A DNA stretch of 64,000 nt, from NCBI GenBank assembly GCA_041737385.1, contig JBGSRU010000002.1:269437-333436 (forward strand). Direction: 5' to 3'. Positions 1-10,050 of the stretch are shown piece by piece (position 1 is the stretch's first letter; every line of letters begins with the position of its first letter). A program made the position numbers and the translations under genes. The notes below the pieces were generated by a model. It ran no database searches, had not been told where the DNA came from, and saw nothing but the letters and a program-made list of their open reading frames with translations. This DNA is from Candidatus Saccharimonadales bacterium. GTDB lineage: Bacteria > Patescibacteriota > Saccharimonadia > Saccharimonadales > SZUA-47.

Positions 1-1101
1 AAGAATTTTGATGTCACACTCATAACCCCGCGAAGTCGGTTTGAATACCACGGTGCTATGTATCGAAGCGCCACTGGCAAGTCTCCTCTTGAAGTAGTGA
101 TACCCTTATCAGAGATATTTGCAGATTCTCTAAACGTCCGTGTTGAGCTCGATTCAGTCGCCGAATTACGACCACAAACTCGTGAGGTCGAAGGAGAATC
201 TGGTCGTGCCTACCCATACGACTACTTAGTTATGGCAGTTGGTTATGTTGTTAATTATTTCAATATTCCAGGTATGGCCCTATATGCTGATTCAATGTAC
301 AGCATTTCTGAAGCGATTAAATTACGGCATCGTTTAGTTGGTGCATTTCGGAATACAAAACCGCATCATCCAATACATATATCAATTATTGGTGCTGGCC
401 CAACTGGTGTTGAAATTGCCTCTGACATTCAGAATTTTTCGCAAGTAGTCGCCGGCAAGCATGGCATTCGAGACCTTGATGTGCAAGTGAGGCTAATCGA
501 AGCATCAACAAAAGTGTTGCCGATGCTGAGCGAAAAGAGCTCAAGCGCTGCACTAAAAAGACTCCAAGAGTTGGAAGTAGAAGTTTTGTTAAATGCAAAA
601 GTAACTAAGTGCTCAGAGCGGACAGTACTAGTTAACGGTGAGAAATTGGCCAGTGATATAACAATATGGACAGCAGGCAACAAAGCAAATCCGTTATTCA
701 GTTATTACCCAGATTTGTTTACGGTAAACGAACGCGGAAGAGTACAAGTCAGTGAATATTTCAATGCAAACAGCCCGAATATATTTGTCATCGGGGATGC
801 AGCCGATACTCCGTACAGTGGCATGGCGCAAACTGCAATTCATAATGCAATTGCACTCGCGACCAACCTAAAGCGCAGCGTAGCTAACCAACATCAACAA
901 GCGTACGTGCCTAAAAAGCCCGAGTACGTCGTACCTGTCGGCGGAGAGTGGGCGCTATTAGAGACGCAACATGGAGTTATCTCGGGAAAAGAAGGATGGA
1001 AAGCTAGGCGAGAAGCAGATAAATGGGTGTTACAGAACTTTTTGGTGTATGATTTAGCTAACAAACATTGGCAACAAGGCGACAGAATTGCAAATTTTTA
1101 G
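1..1101 (+). CDS. Type II NADH dehydrogenase-like FAD/NAD(P)-binding oxidoreductase, 5' end cut by the window edge
   Basis: Frame 1 is open from base 1 (KNFDVTLITPRSRFEYHGA precedes the listed Met at 58). It carries the dinucleotide-binding motif IIGAGPTGVE and a C-terminal FVIGDAA motif typical of NDH-2/pyridine nucleotide-disulfide oxidoreductases. Confidence 0.7.
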   Translation, partial: KNFDVTLITPRSRFEYHGAMYRSATGKSPLEVVIPLSEIFADSLNVRVELDSVAELRPQTREVEGESGRAYPYDYLVMAVGYVVNYFNIPGMALYADSMYSISEAIKLRHRLVGAFRNTKPHHPIHISIIGAGPTGVEIASDIQNFSQVVAGKHGIRDLDVQVRLIEASTKVLPMLSEKSSSAALKRLQELEVEVLLNAKVTKCSERTVLVNGEKLASDITIWTAGNKANPLFSYYPDLFTVNERGRVQVSEYFNANSPNIFVIGDAADTPYSGMAQTAIHNAIALATNLKRSVANQHQQAYVPKKPEYVVPVGGEWALLETQHGVISGKEGWKARREADKWVLQNFLVYDLANKHWQQGDRIANF

Positions 1102-1109
1102 GGGGTGAA

Positions 1110-2765
1110 ATGAAACAATTGTTTAACGTACTGAAAGACACTTTAGCAGGAGACATTAGCTTCCAAGAGGATGATTTAGACTACTATTCGACTGATGGAG
1201 GTGTTTTTGAAATTACTCCATCGGCAATTGTTTTCCCTAAAGATGCTAACGACGTAGCCAGTCTTGTTACCATAACCGATCATTTTCATCAGAACGGCAA
1301 TGATAAGATCTCTTTAACTGCTAGAGGCAATGGCACCGATCAGGGTGGTGGCCCTATAAATACAGGTATCATTGTAGACTTTATGAAATATATGAATCAG
1401 ATTTTAGAAATCGGGGATGACTATGCAGTTGTGCAGCCTGGGTGTCTATATGGGCGTTTACAGTCAGAGTTAAAAAAGCATGGCCAATACATCCCAGCAT
1501 ATCCAGCTTCTGTAGAGATTTGCACCATTGGCGGTGCTGTTGCAAACAACTCTGCAGGTGAAAAAACTGTTAAATATGGTTCTACACGTGACTATGTTGA
1601 AGCAATTCAAGTTGTGCTAGCAGATGGTACTGTAACTTGGCTACACTCGATGACTGATAACCAATTACAACATCGTAAAGGATTGCAGACCCTTGAAGGC
1701 GATATATTTACGAAGCTCGAGAAACTCATACATGATAACCACAAAACAATTCATGAAGATCATCCCCACGTGACAAAAGACTCTTCTGGCTACGCATTAT
1801 GGAGAGTTCTAGATCATGGACAGTTTAATCCAGCGCAAATAGTGATAGGTTCACAAGGAACGCTTTGTTTTATTACTGCAATCCGTATTAAAACCATCCC
1901 ACTTCCTGATCCAAACAAAGTAAGCTTACTTGTCAGTTATTACGACTCGCTTGAAAAGGCAGGACAAGCAGCGCAAGCAATTCACGCGCTTCAGCCAAGT
2001 GCACTAGAAATTGTTGACGAGAACTTACTACGACTTGTTCAAGGCCAAAAACCTGAATTATTAGAGGGTTTATTGCCTAAAGGTGATATTCCTGCAGTTG
2101 TGCTTCTGACAGAATTTGACAATCAAGATGACCAGGAACGAATGTCCAAAGAGACTGAGGCTGAAAAAATTATGAGTGAGTTCGCGTATAAAGAGGTGAC
2201 GAAACACAAGCCAGAAGAAGAGAGCCAGTTATGGAAATTACGTCGATCAGCTGCAGCAGTCATGTGGACTATTCCAGGAAAAAGAAAAGCTCTCCCGATA
2301 ATTGAAGATGGTACTGTTCCGCCAGAAAAACTAACGGAATTTATTACTCGAGCCTATAAAATTTTCGACAAGTACAATTTAGAAATAGCGATTTGGGGAC
2401 ATGCAGGCGACGCAGATCTACACATGCAACCATTTATCGACCTTTCTAAAAATAACGAGCGCAAGAAACTATTTGCGATGACAGATGAATTCTACGCTAT
2501 GGTTAAAGACCTAGGAGGAACGCCGGCAGGTGAACACAATGATAGCCTGATGCGCGCAGTGTATAGACCAACGATGTTTAGCCCAGAGATTGAAAAGCTA
2601 TTCAATGAGGTTAAGCATATTTTTGATCCAGAAAACATGATGAATCCCCATAAAAAGATCGGTGTCGATTTCAACTTTGTTAAAAAACATTTGCGCCATG
2701 AATACACGATAGAATCTATTGCAAAAATGGAGCGAGAAAAAGCACAAGACACTATCGATAGATAG
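1110..2765 (+). CDS. FAD-linked oxidase (GlcD / D-lactate dehydrogenase family)
   Basis: N-terminal FAD-binding PCMH-type pattern (ARGNGTDQGGG, GGAVANNSAGEK) and a C-terminal oxidase domain. The likely start is ATG 1110, preceded by GGGGGTGA; the listed 1068 start overlaps the upstream gene. Confidence 0.7.
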   Translation: MKQLFNVLKDTLAGDISFQEDDLDYYSTDGGVFEITPSAIVFPKDANDVASLVTITDHFHQNGNDKISLTARGNGTDQGGGPINTGIIVDFMKYMNQILEIGDDYAVVQPGCLYGRLQSELKKHGQYIPAYPASVEICTIGGAVANNSAGEKTVKYGSTRDYVEAIQVVLADGTVTWLHSMTDNQLQHRKGLQTLEGDIFTKLEKLIHDNHKTIHEDHPHVTKDSSGYALWRVLDHGQFNPAQIVIGSQGTLCFITAIRIKTIPLPDPNKVSLLVSYYDSLEKAGQAAQAIHALQPSALEIVDENLLRLVQGQKPELLEGLLPKGDIPAVVLLTEFDNQDDQERMSKETEAEKIMSEFAYKEVTKHKPEEESQLWKLRRSAAAVMWTIPGKRKALPIIEDGTVPPEKLTEFITRAYKIFDKYNLEIAIWGHAGDADLHMQPFIDLSKNNERKKLFAMTDEFYAMVKDLGGTPAGEHNDSLMRAVYRPTMFSPEIEKLFNEVKHIFDPENMMNPHKKIGVDFNFVKKHLRHEYTIESIAKMEREKAQDTIDR

Positions 2766-2769
2766 TAAG

Positions 2770-3369
2770 CTACTTTGTTAGTTTGTTTACGAAAGAGTTT
2801 TTGACTTGCAAAGTGGCTGCAAGTAATCCTAGCTTATAAAGTGAAAAAATAATTAGTATACTGCTCACTAGGTTTAGCAATAGCGATATATCTCTTAAAA
2901 ATGCACCTGATGTTGCGCCAAATGTTACTGCAATTGGTGTGAGAAGTGAAGTGCCGCATGCCACGCAGCCACCACTTATAACTGCAAAGACAAGTCCAGC
3001 GCCACTAGTACCTGATTTTTTAGCCATATCTTTAAGTCCTATGTTGCTAAGAACATAGCTGAAAAGAGCAATATTAATGCCGAAAAGTACAGAAAATATC
3101 GCTATACCTAGTGCTTGTGTACTCTCATAAGTAGTGAAGATATCTCTCACCGACGAGCTGAAGAAATATAACTTATCTGCAATATTTAAACTTTGTTCAC
3201 GAAGTATGTACTGAGCTAACTCTAGGTTCAAAGACCAAATAATAAGGTTTGCTGATATAAATATAACAATGATAGAAATTGCGAAATATTTAGGGTGTCT
3301 CATAACTCTGAGCATTGCGATTGTTGATACTTTTAGCTTCAACAGCAAAATCTGTAGGTTCTGCTTCAC
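2770..3369 (-). CDS. Polytopic membrane protein with an intramembrane CxxC (GGCVACG)
   Basis: Several hydrophobic segments, with the motif SGGCVACGTSLL inside one of them. It lies 2 nt downstream of the DsbA-like gene on the same strand. Confidence 0.5.
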   Translation of the reverse strand: MKQNLQILLLKLKVSTIAMLRVMRHPKYFAISIIVIFISANLIIWSLNLELAQYILREQSLNIADKLYFFSSSVRDIFTTYESTQALGIAIFSVLFGINIALFSYVLSNIGLKDMAKKSGTSGAGLVFAVISGGCVACGTSLLTPIAVTFGATSGAFLRDISLLLNLVSSILIIFSLYKLGLLAATLQVKNSFVNKLTK

Positions 3370-3371
3370 AA

Positions 3372-4082
3372 CTACTGAGCCTTCAGCTGAATATCTATAA
3401 GGGTTTTGAATGTCGTAAAGTTAGTTGGCCCAGTTATTTTTTGGTCGCCTATAACAAAACCAGGGGTGCCGGTAACTTCATCCTCTGCGCCTAATAATAG
3501 ATCAGCATCAATATAGCGGTTATAGTCTGTCGCGGCTATACATGACTCGAAAAGTACAACATCCTCTAGATCGCTGCCGATGATTTCTACTATTTTTTCT
3601 GAAGTGAATATATCACGAAATTCAGCAGGGAGGTCTCCAACATTATAATGATTATCCCAGAGATAGTTGTACAGTTTGTCATGATATTGTGTGAAAACAC
3701 CTTGATCATTTGCGCAATACGAACCTCGTGCTGTTCTACCGGAGTCTGGGCCAATAAATGGATAGTTTCTAAACTCTATATTTACTATGCCATCATCAAT
3801 GTATTGTTCACGTAACTGCGCACCAGCTTGATGATGAAACGAATTACATGAAGGACACTTAAAGTCTGCGTATTCAACAATTGTCACTTTAGCTTCTGGA
3901 CTCCCGATTAGAAGTTTAGGTTTATTTTCTATGTCTGCGTTTTCAATAATAGTTTTGTCTTGAGTAACTTCTGTAGGAGCTATAGTTGCTGTGTCAGTTC
4001 GTACTTCAGTTGGTGCTGTGAAGAGAAACAGTAAGAATAATCCGACGAGTAGGGTAGTGAAGCCAACGATAAACTTGTACAT
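3372..4082 (-). CDS. DsbA-family thiol:disulfide oxidoreductase (exported thioredoxin fold)
   Basis: N-terminal signal/anchor (FIVGFTTLLVGLFLLFLF), an active-site FKCPSCNSFH (CPSC) motif and a C-terminal GTPGFVIG motif typical of DsbA-like thioredoxins. Confidence 0.8.
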   Translation of the reverse strand: MYKFIVGFTTLLVGLFLLFLFTAPTEVRTDTATIAPTEVTQDKTIIENADIENKPKLLIGSPEAKVTIVEYADFKCPSCNSFHHQAGAQLREQYIDDGIVNIEFRNYPFIGPDSGRTARGSYCANDQGVFTQYHDKLYNYLWDNHYNVGDLPAEFRDIFTSEKIVEIIGSDLEDVVLFESCIAATDYNRYIDADLLLGAEDEVTGTPGFVIGDQKITGPTNFTTFKTLIDIQLKAQ

Positions 4083-4121
4083 ATAAGTATTTTAGCGAAT
4101 ACTTAAATATAGGGCAAATTT

Positions 4122-4153
4122 AAAACCTCGGCTTACGCTTAAGCCGAGGTTTT
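4122..4153 (-). terminator. Intrinsic terminator hairpin downstream of the large surface-protein gene
   Basis: A perfect 14-bp stem AAAACCTCGGCTTA / TAAGCCGAGGTTTT with a 3-nt loop, flanked by A/T runs, 20 nt past the stop of the 4174 gene. Confidence 0.75.
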
Positions 4154-4173
4154 AAAAAGTGTTTTTTGTATTT

Positions 4174-7100
4174 TTATTTATTTTCGTTTTGTCGGCTTCG
4201 GTAGTACAAGTATCCTATGACTAATGCGACAGGGATCGCGTACCAGTACCAGCAGATTCCAAAGACATCAAAGCAAGAATCATCCACAGTATCGTTATCT
4301 GTTTTCTGCTCATCACTACTATCATCTTCTGTTGAACTTTGTAATACCTGTGGAATGTCTGACTCTGTTCCGACATTATCTTCTTCTTGAGAATCGTTTA
4401 AAGATCGTCCATTAGCTTGAACTAGGAATGGTTGACCACCTGTTCCGTTATTTGTAACTGCGACCGGAGTCCCAACCTGCTGAGAAGTTGTTAGCGCACC
4501 AAGAACTGCAGTATTACCAGTAGGAGTCGAAGCTGGAGTTGGAGCAGTGATCGTAAGTCCATTAGCGAATGTTTGCGTTGAAGCGTTACCTACACTGTCA
4601 GTTGCAGTTACTATAATGTCATAGCTTACTCCTGCGCCTAGTGCAGAGATAGTATTGTCAGCAATCGTCCAAGTAGCGCCAGAAACGGCTGCAGGATACG
4701 TTTGTCCGTTTACAGTTACTTCAACTGATGCATTAGAATCGTCTACTGATCCTGCTAGCGGTGGAGTAGTATCAGTTGTAGATACATTCGTGAAGGCAGT
4801 CGTTGGTGCTGTGTTATCGAGCAAGAAAGAGACTGAGCTTGGTGAACTAGCATTGTTATTTCCTGCTGTATCGTAAGCAACCAGATTAACTGTGTAGCTA
4901 CCATCAGGTAGACCAGTCAAGTTAATGCCGCCAAGCTGGCCGCTCACGCTTACTGACGTAAATGTTGTCGTACATGCTGCATCTCTCACACCTACTTCTT
5001 GACCAGCGGTGTAAGTGCTGCCGTTAAAAGTGATAGTTTGGTTGGTTACAAGATAACAATAGTAATATCTAATATTTTCATCTGACACTATGCCGGACAC
5101 ATTCAAAGTTGTTCCAGCTAGTACCTGTGCCGCCGTTGGAGCGGATATGCTTGAATTTGGAGCAACCAAATCAATCGTAACTTTCCAAGGAGCAGTCCAT
5201 GAACTCTTGTTGCCGGCTGCGTCTACTGAACGAACCTGCCAGTACCATGCGCCATTTGCTCCTACAGAACGCGCTTCTGAATTGGTTGGCTGATTACTCT
5301 GGTAATCTCCTGTCCAGTTAACTGTCTGAAATGCACCTGTTGCATCAACTGCAGAATTTAGAGAGTATTGTGTCTCATATCTATCTGCACCTATTGCATC
5401 AGTCCAATTAAAGTAAAAATCATTGAAATTTATATACGCATTATTAACCGGATACTCATGAACCGGCTGTTCTGGTGCCGTGTTATCAACAGTAATAGTT
5501 CGCAGAGCTTGACCCCAAGCACCGTTACCGTCAAGAAATTGTGCAGATAAGACATATACACCATCATCTAAAGTAGTTGTATCAATAGCAGGGCATGTAA
5601 CATCTTGCGATGTTCCTAGCAAGTATGCTCCCGGAGCACTAAAGCAGTTATTTGAAACTAAATTCGTTATACCAGATTCGAAAGCACCCTTCCAAAGTCG
5701 TATATAGTAACTACCCATTCCTGTATCGTCAGTGGCTACTACGCGCGGAGTCATCATTCCGTTAACATACGAATCGGCAATCGGAGTAAGAGTTTCGAAT
5801 GAAACAACTGGAGGAGTGTTGGTCTTAGCCGTAAATCTTACTATACCGCTACCGTTAGCATCTACGCCTTCGACGAAACCGGCAGAAGTACGATTTCTGA
5901 AATTGCTTCCACTAATAGTATCAATTCCAACCGTAGGAGCACTCGCTGTGAGCGCAACATTTAGTGAATCGTATGGACCAGTTACACCTAGTGGTAATGA
6001 ACCATAGGTCATAGTATTGTAACTAATGCCGTAAACAACACTGTCAGGTACAGTTATGCCATCTAGATTAAACACGACTACATTATTGTATCCATTGAAA
6101 CAGTTACCATTCGTGTCTCTCCACGTTGTTGGGGTAGGGCAGCTTGGGTCAGACGACGGACGGAAAGGAATTTCAAAGCTCTGCGTGACTGAGCCTACTT
6201 GACTTCCAGCGCTACCGTCACCATTTACACTATATAAAGTAAGTGTAACAGGATGAGTAAATGTTGTTCCTGCAGTGGTCAAGCAGCTAGTATTCCATGC
6301 GCCATTTTCGCATGCCCAACTTGTTAAGGTGACTGCTGCTGAAACAAGCTGACGCTCAGTACTAGCAAAGGTAATTTTATCACCAAATTCTGCTGTTTGT
6401 GTTGCCTGATATCCGTAACTTGCAGAGCTTGAAGGTAGAACGCTTGGCATAGTTTCATAGATTACCGTTCCGTTTTGAGTAGGAATTGTCGGTGGTGCAG
6501 TAGGTGTGTATGGAATAGCGACACCCAGCCTATAAACTTGGTAAGTAGTACCTGCAATCGGAAAGCTTTCTATTAGATATTGACTATCAGAATCTACTAT
6601 AGATGCAGGGGCTCCTTCAATTCTGAGAATGTGTGCGCGCGGCACAGGTTCAGCATGCACTGATGTACCGTTTACCGTTAAAGCCGATGGAGAAGACACT
6701 TGATTGCTCGAAACATCTATAACCGCCCAGTTAAGTGAGTCGGTTCCGTTACCTGAAGTTGTGATACCAGTGATAGTCACTCCTGAGCGATTAACAACAA
6801 CAGCAGAGCGGTTCATATTGTTTATTGTGAGACCATTAAGAAGTGCTGCATCGGACTCGTAAACGTTTACACCGTGTAGTTGCGTTCCTGAAGTACCGTC
6901 GATTGTGAGATTATTGATTGTTACATTGTCAGCATTGATGATGCCGATTGCTGAGTTATTGTCATTACACGTTGGGCATGGTTTTGCAAATACAGGACTC
7001 ACGGTGAAACCATCACCGTTTATTGTTATTGATTTAGTAATTGTAACTTGAGAAACTGTTGTCAGGTTTTGATTAATAGTTATCGTGTGTCCATTGAGCG

Positions 7101-8190
7101 TATCGCTGTCGTCATTCGCTTCTTGCAAACTCGCGAAGTTCTCTCCAGTCGTAGTGTTTGTTACTGCACTTAGTACGATCGGAGTGGCTTGGTACGTATA
7201 GGTTCTTGTTTCAGTCGAGCCTACTAGGCCACCTTGGTCTGTAGCATTAACTACGAGGGTGAACTGGTCGCCATCATTTAGATTCATCGATGTTGCGAGA
7301 AGTGCACCTGTTCTATCAATACCAGCATTACCACTCAATACACCGGCCCCAAAAGTTGTTGAAACGGTATGTGGAGCTTGGCCAGAAGCAATAGATGTCG
7401 GAACAAAGTTAAAGTCAATTCTTCTTCCAGCAACAGGAGAATCAGCGTCAGCAGTATCTATAAAAAAGTCATATGTTGAAGCTTCCTGAATTATACTGCC
7501 GTCTGCTGGGGGGAGAGGACTAGAAAAAACAGTGCCAGGCTGCCCGTAGAAAGCCACTGCTGGCGCTATAGCTGGAGCGACAATTGGATTTCCGGTTACA
7601 ACGATCGCGTCTACTTGGAATTTTTCAGTAGATGGCGCACTTGTTAGAACACCAAAACCAAGTCTGAAGTTAGGATTATTATCTAGTGAAGCTGGTAAAT
7701 CTGATCCATTGATTAACCAATCCGTGTCAGTGACACCTTCAGCATTTGTCAATCCAGTCCCTGGAAATGGTCCACCGTTTAAAGTTGAAGCTCCACCGTC
7801 AGATGAATATGAAAAATAACCATAGTCAGCAGCTTCAAGCCCAATGCGCTTGTAGGCAAAAGATACATGAATGTCTTCATAGCCTGTCGTATCAATTGTT
7901 CTAAATATCGTTCCAACGCCACTTTCTGCACGTTTTGTGCTCTCATAACCATTGGCAGCAATCACGTCCCAATCTGTGCCACCACTTGTATCCCAGTTCT
8001 GAAATTCTGTTGCAGATTCAAAACTTTCGCTTAGTAGAACTGTACTACCAGCAGCTGCTGAAGTGCCACTTAGTAACAGCTCCATTCCTGGCATTGCAGG
8101 CACTGCGACCAAAATAATAGCTAGTAAAGAAACTAGCGTGGCTTTTTGTACTTTATTATAAAATGAAAATGCTCCTTGTAGTGATACCAT
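4174..8190 (-). CDS. Giant secreted, membrane-anchored surface protein (beta-helix and Ig-like repeats)
   Basis: 1339 aa from ATG 8190, which has a GGGAGA RBS; the listed start at 8202 is a TTG. It has an N-terminal signal-like hydrophobic stretch and parallel beta-helix style repeats (NLTIDG, LTINNMNRSAVVVNRSGVTITG). The body is Thr/Ser/Gly/Asn-rich with low charge, followed by an acidic stalk (SSTEDDSSDEQKTDNDTVDDS) and a C-terminal TM segment with a basic tail. Confidence 0.8.
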   Translation of the reverse strand: MVSLQGAFSFYNKVQKATLVSLLAIILVAVPAMPGMELLLSGTSAAAGSTVLLSESFESATEFQNWDTSGGTDWDVIAANGYESTKRAESGVGTIFRTIDTTGYEDIHVSFAYKRIGLEAADYGYFSYSSDGGASTLNGGPFPGTGLTNAEGVTDTDWLINGSDLPASLDNNPNFRLGFGVLTSAPSTEKFQVDAIVVTGNPIVAPAIAPAVAFYGQPGTVFSSPLPPADGSIIQEASTYDFFIDTADADSPVAGRRIDFNFVPTSIASGQAPHTVSTTFGAGVLSGNAGIDRTGALLATSMNLNDGDQFTLVVNATDQGGLVGSTETRTYTYQATPIVLSAVTNTTTGENFASLQEANDDSDTLNGHTITINQNLTTVSQVTITKSITINGDGFTVSPVFAKPCPTCNDNNSAIGIINADNVTINNLTIDGTSGTQLHGVNVYESDAALLNGLTINNMNRSAVVVNRSGVTITGITTSGNGTDSLNWAVIDVSSNQVSSPSALTVNGTSVHAEPVPRAHILRIEGAPASIVDSDSQYLIESFPIAGTTYQVYRLGVAIPYTPTAPPTIPTQNGTVIYETMPSVLPSSSASYGYQATQTAEFGDKITFASTERQLVSAAVTLTSWACENGAWNTSCLTTAGTTFTHPVTLTLYSVNGDGSAGSQVGSVTQSFEIPFRPSSDPSCPTPTTWRDTNGNCFNGYNNVVVFNLDGITVPDSVVYGISYNTMTYGSLPLGVTGPYDSLNVALTASAPTVGIDTISGSNFRNRTSAGFVEGVDANGSGIVRFTAKTNTPPVVSFETLTPIADSYVNGMMTPRVVATDDTGMGSYYIRLWKGAFESGITNLVSNNCFSAPGAYLLGTSQDVTCPAIDTTTLDDGVYVLSAQFLDGNGAWGQALRTITVDNTAPEQPVHEYPVNNAYINFNDFYFNWTDAIGADRYETQYSLNSAVDATGAFQTVNWTGDYQSNQPTNSEARSVGANGAWYWQVRSVDAAGNKSSWTAPWKVTIDLVAPNSSISAPTAAQVLAGTTLNVSGIVSDENIRYYYCYLVTNQTITFNGSTYTAGQEVGVRDAACTTTFTSVSVSGQLGGINLTGLPDGSYTVNLVAYDTAGNNNASSPSSVSFLLDNTAPTTAFTNVSTTDTTPPLAGSVDDSNASVEVTVNGQTYPAAVSGATWTIADNTISALGAGVSYDIIVTATDSVGNASTQTFANGLTITAPTPASTPTGNTAVLGALTTSQQVGTPVAVTNNGTGGQPFLVQANGRSLNDSQEEDNVGTESDIPQVLQSSTEDDSSDEQKTDNDTVDDSCFDVFGICWYWYAIPVALVIGYLYYRSRQNENK

Positions 8191-8268
8191 TGTTTCTCCC
8201 AAAACTTATATAACTCTAGTATAACCTCATTTGGCATGTAATGCATGCGTGAGCGGTATAATATTGAC

Positions 8269-8640
8269 ATGAAAGAAGTTACTAGCGAGGAGTTTGAAAA
8301 ATTAGTTAGCGAAGCGATCGATCATATACCAGAGCAGTATAGTAGTGTGCTGGAAGAAGTTGTATTCAAAGTAGAAGAGCAGCCGTCTAAAGAACAGCGA
8401 GTGAAGCTAGGGCTTCGAGATTGTGACGCGTTGTTCGGATTATATGAGGGAGTGCCGCGCACCAAAAGAAATGGACAGGTGCATATGCTACTTCCTGACA
8501 TAATTACCATTTTCAAATTTCCAATGATTCAGATGTTTCCTGATAAACAATCGCTAAAACAACAAATCTATGAAACGGTATGGCACGAGGTTGCTCACTA
8601 TTTTGGCCTCAATCATGAACAAATACACGCTTTCAAATAA
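8269..8640 (+). CDS. Zinicin-like metallopeptidase family protein (HExxH)
   Basis: C-terminal WHEVAHYFG motif typical of the small possible-zinc-metallopeptidase family (COG3824-like). TATAAT at 8257-8262 lies 6 nt upstream of ATG 8269, so the listed 8245 start is probably inside the promoter. Confidence 0.65.
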   Translation: MKEVTSEEFEKLVSEAIDHIPEQYSSVLEEVVFKVEEQPSKEQRVKLGLRDCDALFGLYEGVPRTKRNGQVHMLLPDIITIFKFPMIQMFPDKQSLKQQIYETVWHEVAHYFGLNHEQIHAFK

Positions 8641-8680
8641 CACTTTGTTTTTTGTAGCGTTATAAGCTAGCATTAAGCTA

Positions 8681-9382
8681 ATGTTCAATAAAAAATCTCT
8701 GAAGTTCTATTGTTTCTCGCCACCTGTAATGATTGCTACGTTTTTTATTGAGGTTGGGCTAGCTCTTTATATCGTCTTATTTCGTAAAATGAATCTTGCA
8801 TCAAGACTCAGTATCTTTTTGCTCGTTTGTTTAGCAATTTTTCAACTTGCTGAGTACGGTATATGTGAATCATGGGGAGCCAGTTCAACGGCCTGGGTGA
8901 AGATTGGCTTTGTTGCAATCACACTGTTACCCCCTCTCGGGTTACATCTTGTATATGTTATAGGTGGACGCAAAATAGACTGGGTGGTAAGAGTGTCTTA
9001 TCTAGTGGCGGTTGTCTGGATAGGTTTCTTTATTTTTGGAACATTGCTCAAGGGTGCCGTCTGTGAAGGCAATTACGTCATATTTCATATTCCTGAGCCA
9101 CACGAAGGCTGGTATTATTTTTACTACAACGTCACAATAGTAATCGCGATGACAATAGCTTATACGACGAGTAAGGTAGTTTCTTCTAAGAGAACAAAGG
9201 CTGCATTACAAAGCCTCATTGTCGGTTACCTGGCATTCATTGTTCCATCGATTGTCTTTACAACATTTGATAGTTACAGCGGTACAGATAGTCCGTTACC
9301 GTCGATTATGTGTGGCTTTGCTGTTTTGTTCGCTCTTATACTCACAATAAACGTGGTTCCTAAAGTAACCGAAAAGAAGTAA
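8681..9382 (+). CDS. Polytopic membrane protein, function unknown
   Basis: About seven hydrophobic segments and no recognisable catalytic motif. Confidence 0.45.
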   Translation: MFNKKSLKFYCFSPPVMIATFFIEVGLALYIVLFRKMNLASRLSIFLLVCLAIFQLAEYGICESWGASSTAWVKIGFVAITLLPPLGLHLVYVIGGRKIDWVVRVSYLVAVVWIGFFIFGTLLKGAVCEGNYVIFHIPEPHEGWYYFYYNVTIVIAMTIAYTTSKVVSSKRTKAALQSLIVGYLAFIVPSIVFTTFDSYSGTDSPLPSIMCGFAVLFALILTINVVPKVTEKK

Positions 9383-9384
9383 CG

Positions 9385-10050
9385 ATGAATTACATACATA
9401 TAAATAACTCAACTAGAATCGTCGTTGACTTAACCAGCACGATTCAACAGGAACTCGATCAAGGTAAAAGTGTTTTGTGGCTTTTGTCTGGTGGATCATC
9501 GATTGAGATTGCCGTGAATGTACAAAACAATATTAGAAACTCAAATCAAAACTTGCTTCACATAGGACTTATTGATGAACGTTATGGTGATGTGGGCCAC
9601 AAATACTCGAACTGGCATCAGCTCCTCATGAGTGGTTTTAGTACAAAAAAAGCAACTCTACACCCCATTTTAACCGGACTGAATATGAAAGATACGACTA
9701 AAAGCTATAACGATGAATTAGTTCATCTTATAAAACAAGCTGACGTTAAAATAGGCATTTTTGGTATTGGTGCTGATGGACACACTTCGGGGCTACTTCC
9801 TAACAGCGATGCACTTAAAAGCAACGAATTAGTCGATTCATATACAGGACCTGATTTCCAACGAATTACGACAACTGCGCATCTAATACCAATATTAGAT
9901 AAGATCTTTGTATATGCAGTTGGCGATGCTAAATGGCCTGCCATTATTGACATGCAGGACGAAGGATCAGTTTCAGAGGTTCCTGCCAGAATACTCCGTG
10001 ATGGTCACGACGTTACCGTGTATACTGATTATAAAGAGGAGAAAGTATGA
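9385..10050 (+). CDS. pgl: 6-phosphogluconolactonase
   Basis: LLSGGSS and GIGADGHTSGLLP motifs of the 6PGL/NagB family. It is the first gene of a pgl-gnd-zwf operon with 4-nt overlaps or short gaps. Confidence 0.8.
   Translation: MNYIHINNSTRIVVDLTSTIQQELDQGKSVLWLLSGGSSIEIAVNVQNNIRNSNQNLLHIGLIDERYGDVGHKYSNWHQLLMSGFSTKKATLHPILTGLNMKDTTKSYNDELVHLIKQADVKIGIFGIGADGHTSGLLPNSDALKSNELVDSYTGPDFQRITTTAHLIPILDKIFVYAVGDAKWPAIIDMQDEGSVSEVPARILRDGHDVTVYTDYKEEKV

Noticed and set aside
4224-8117. Multiple 60-91-aa plus-strand ORFs inside the giant surface-protein gene, and similar antisense ORFs inside purL, purH, the helicase and res.
   Set aside because: They are all nested antisense within long, motif-supported genes and lack start signals. 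This is expected by chance in long ORF-rich regions.
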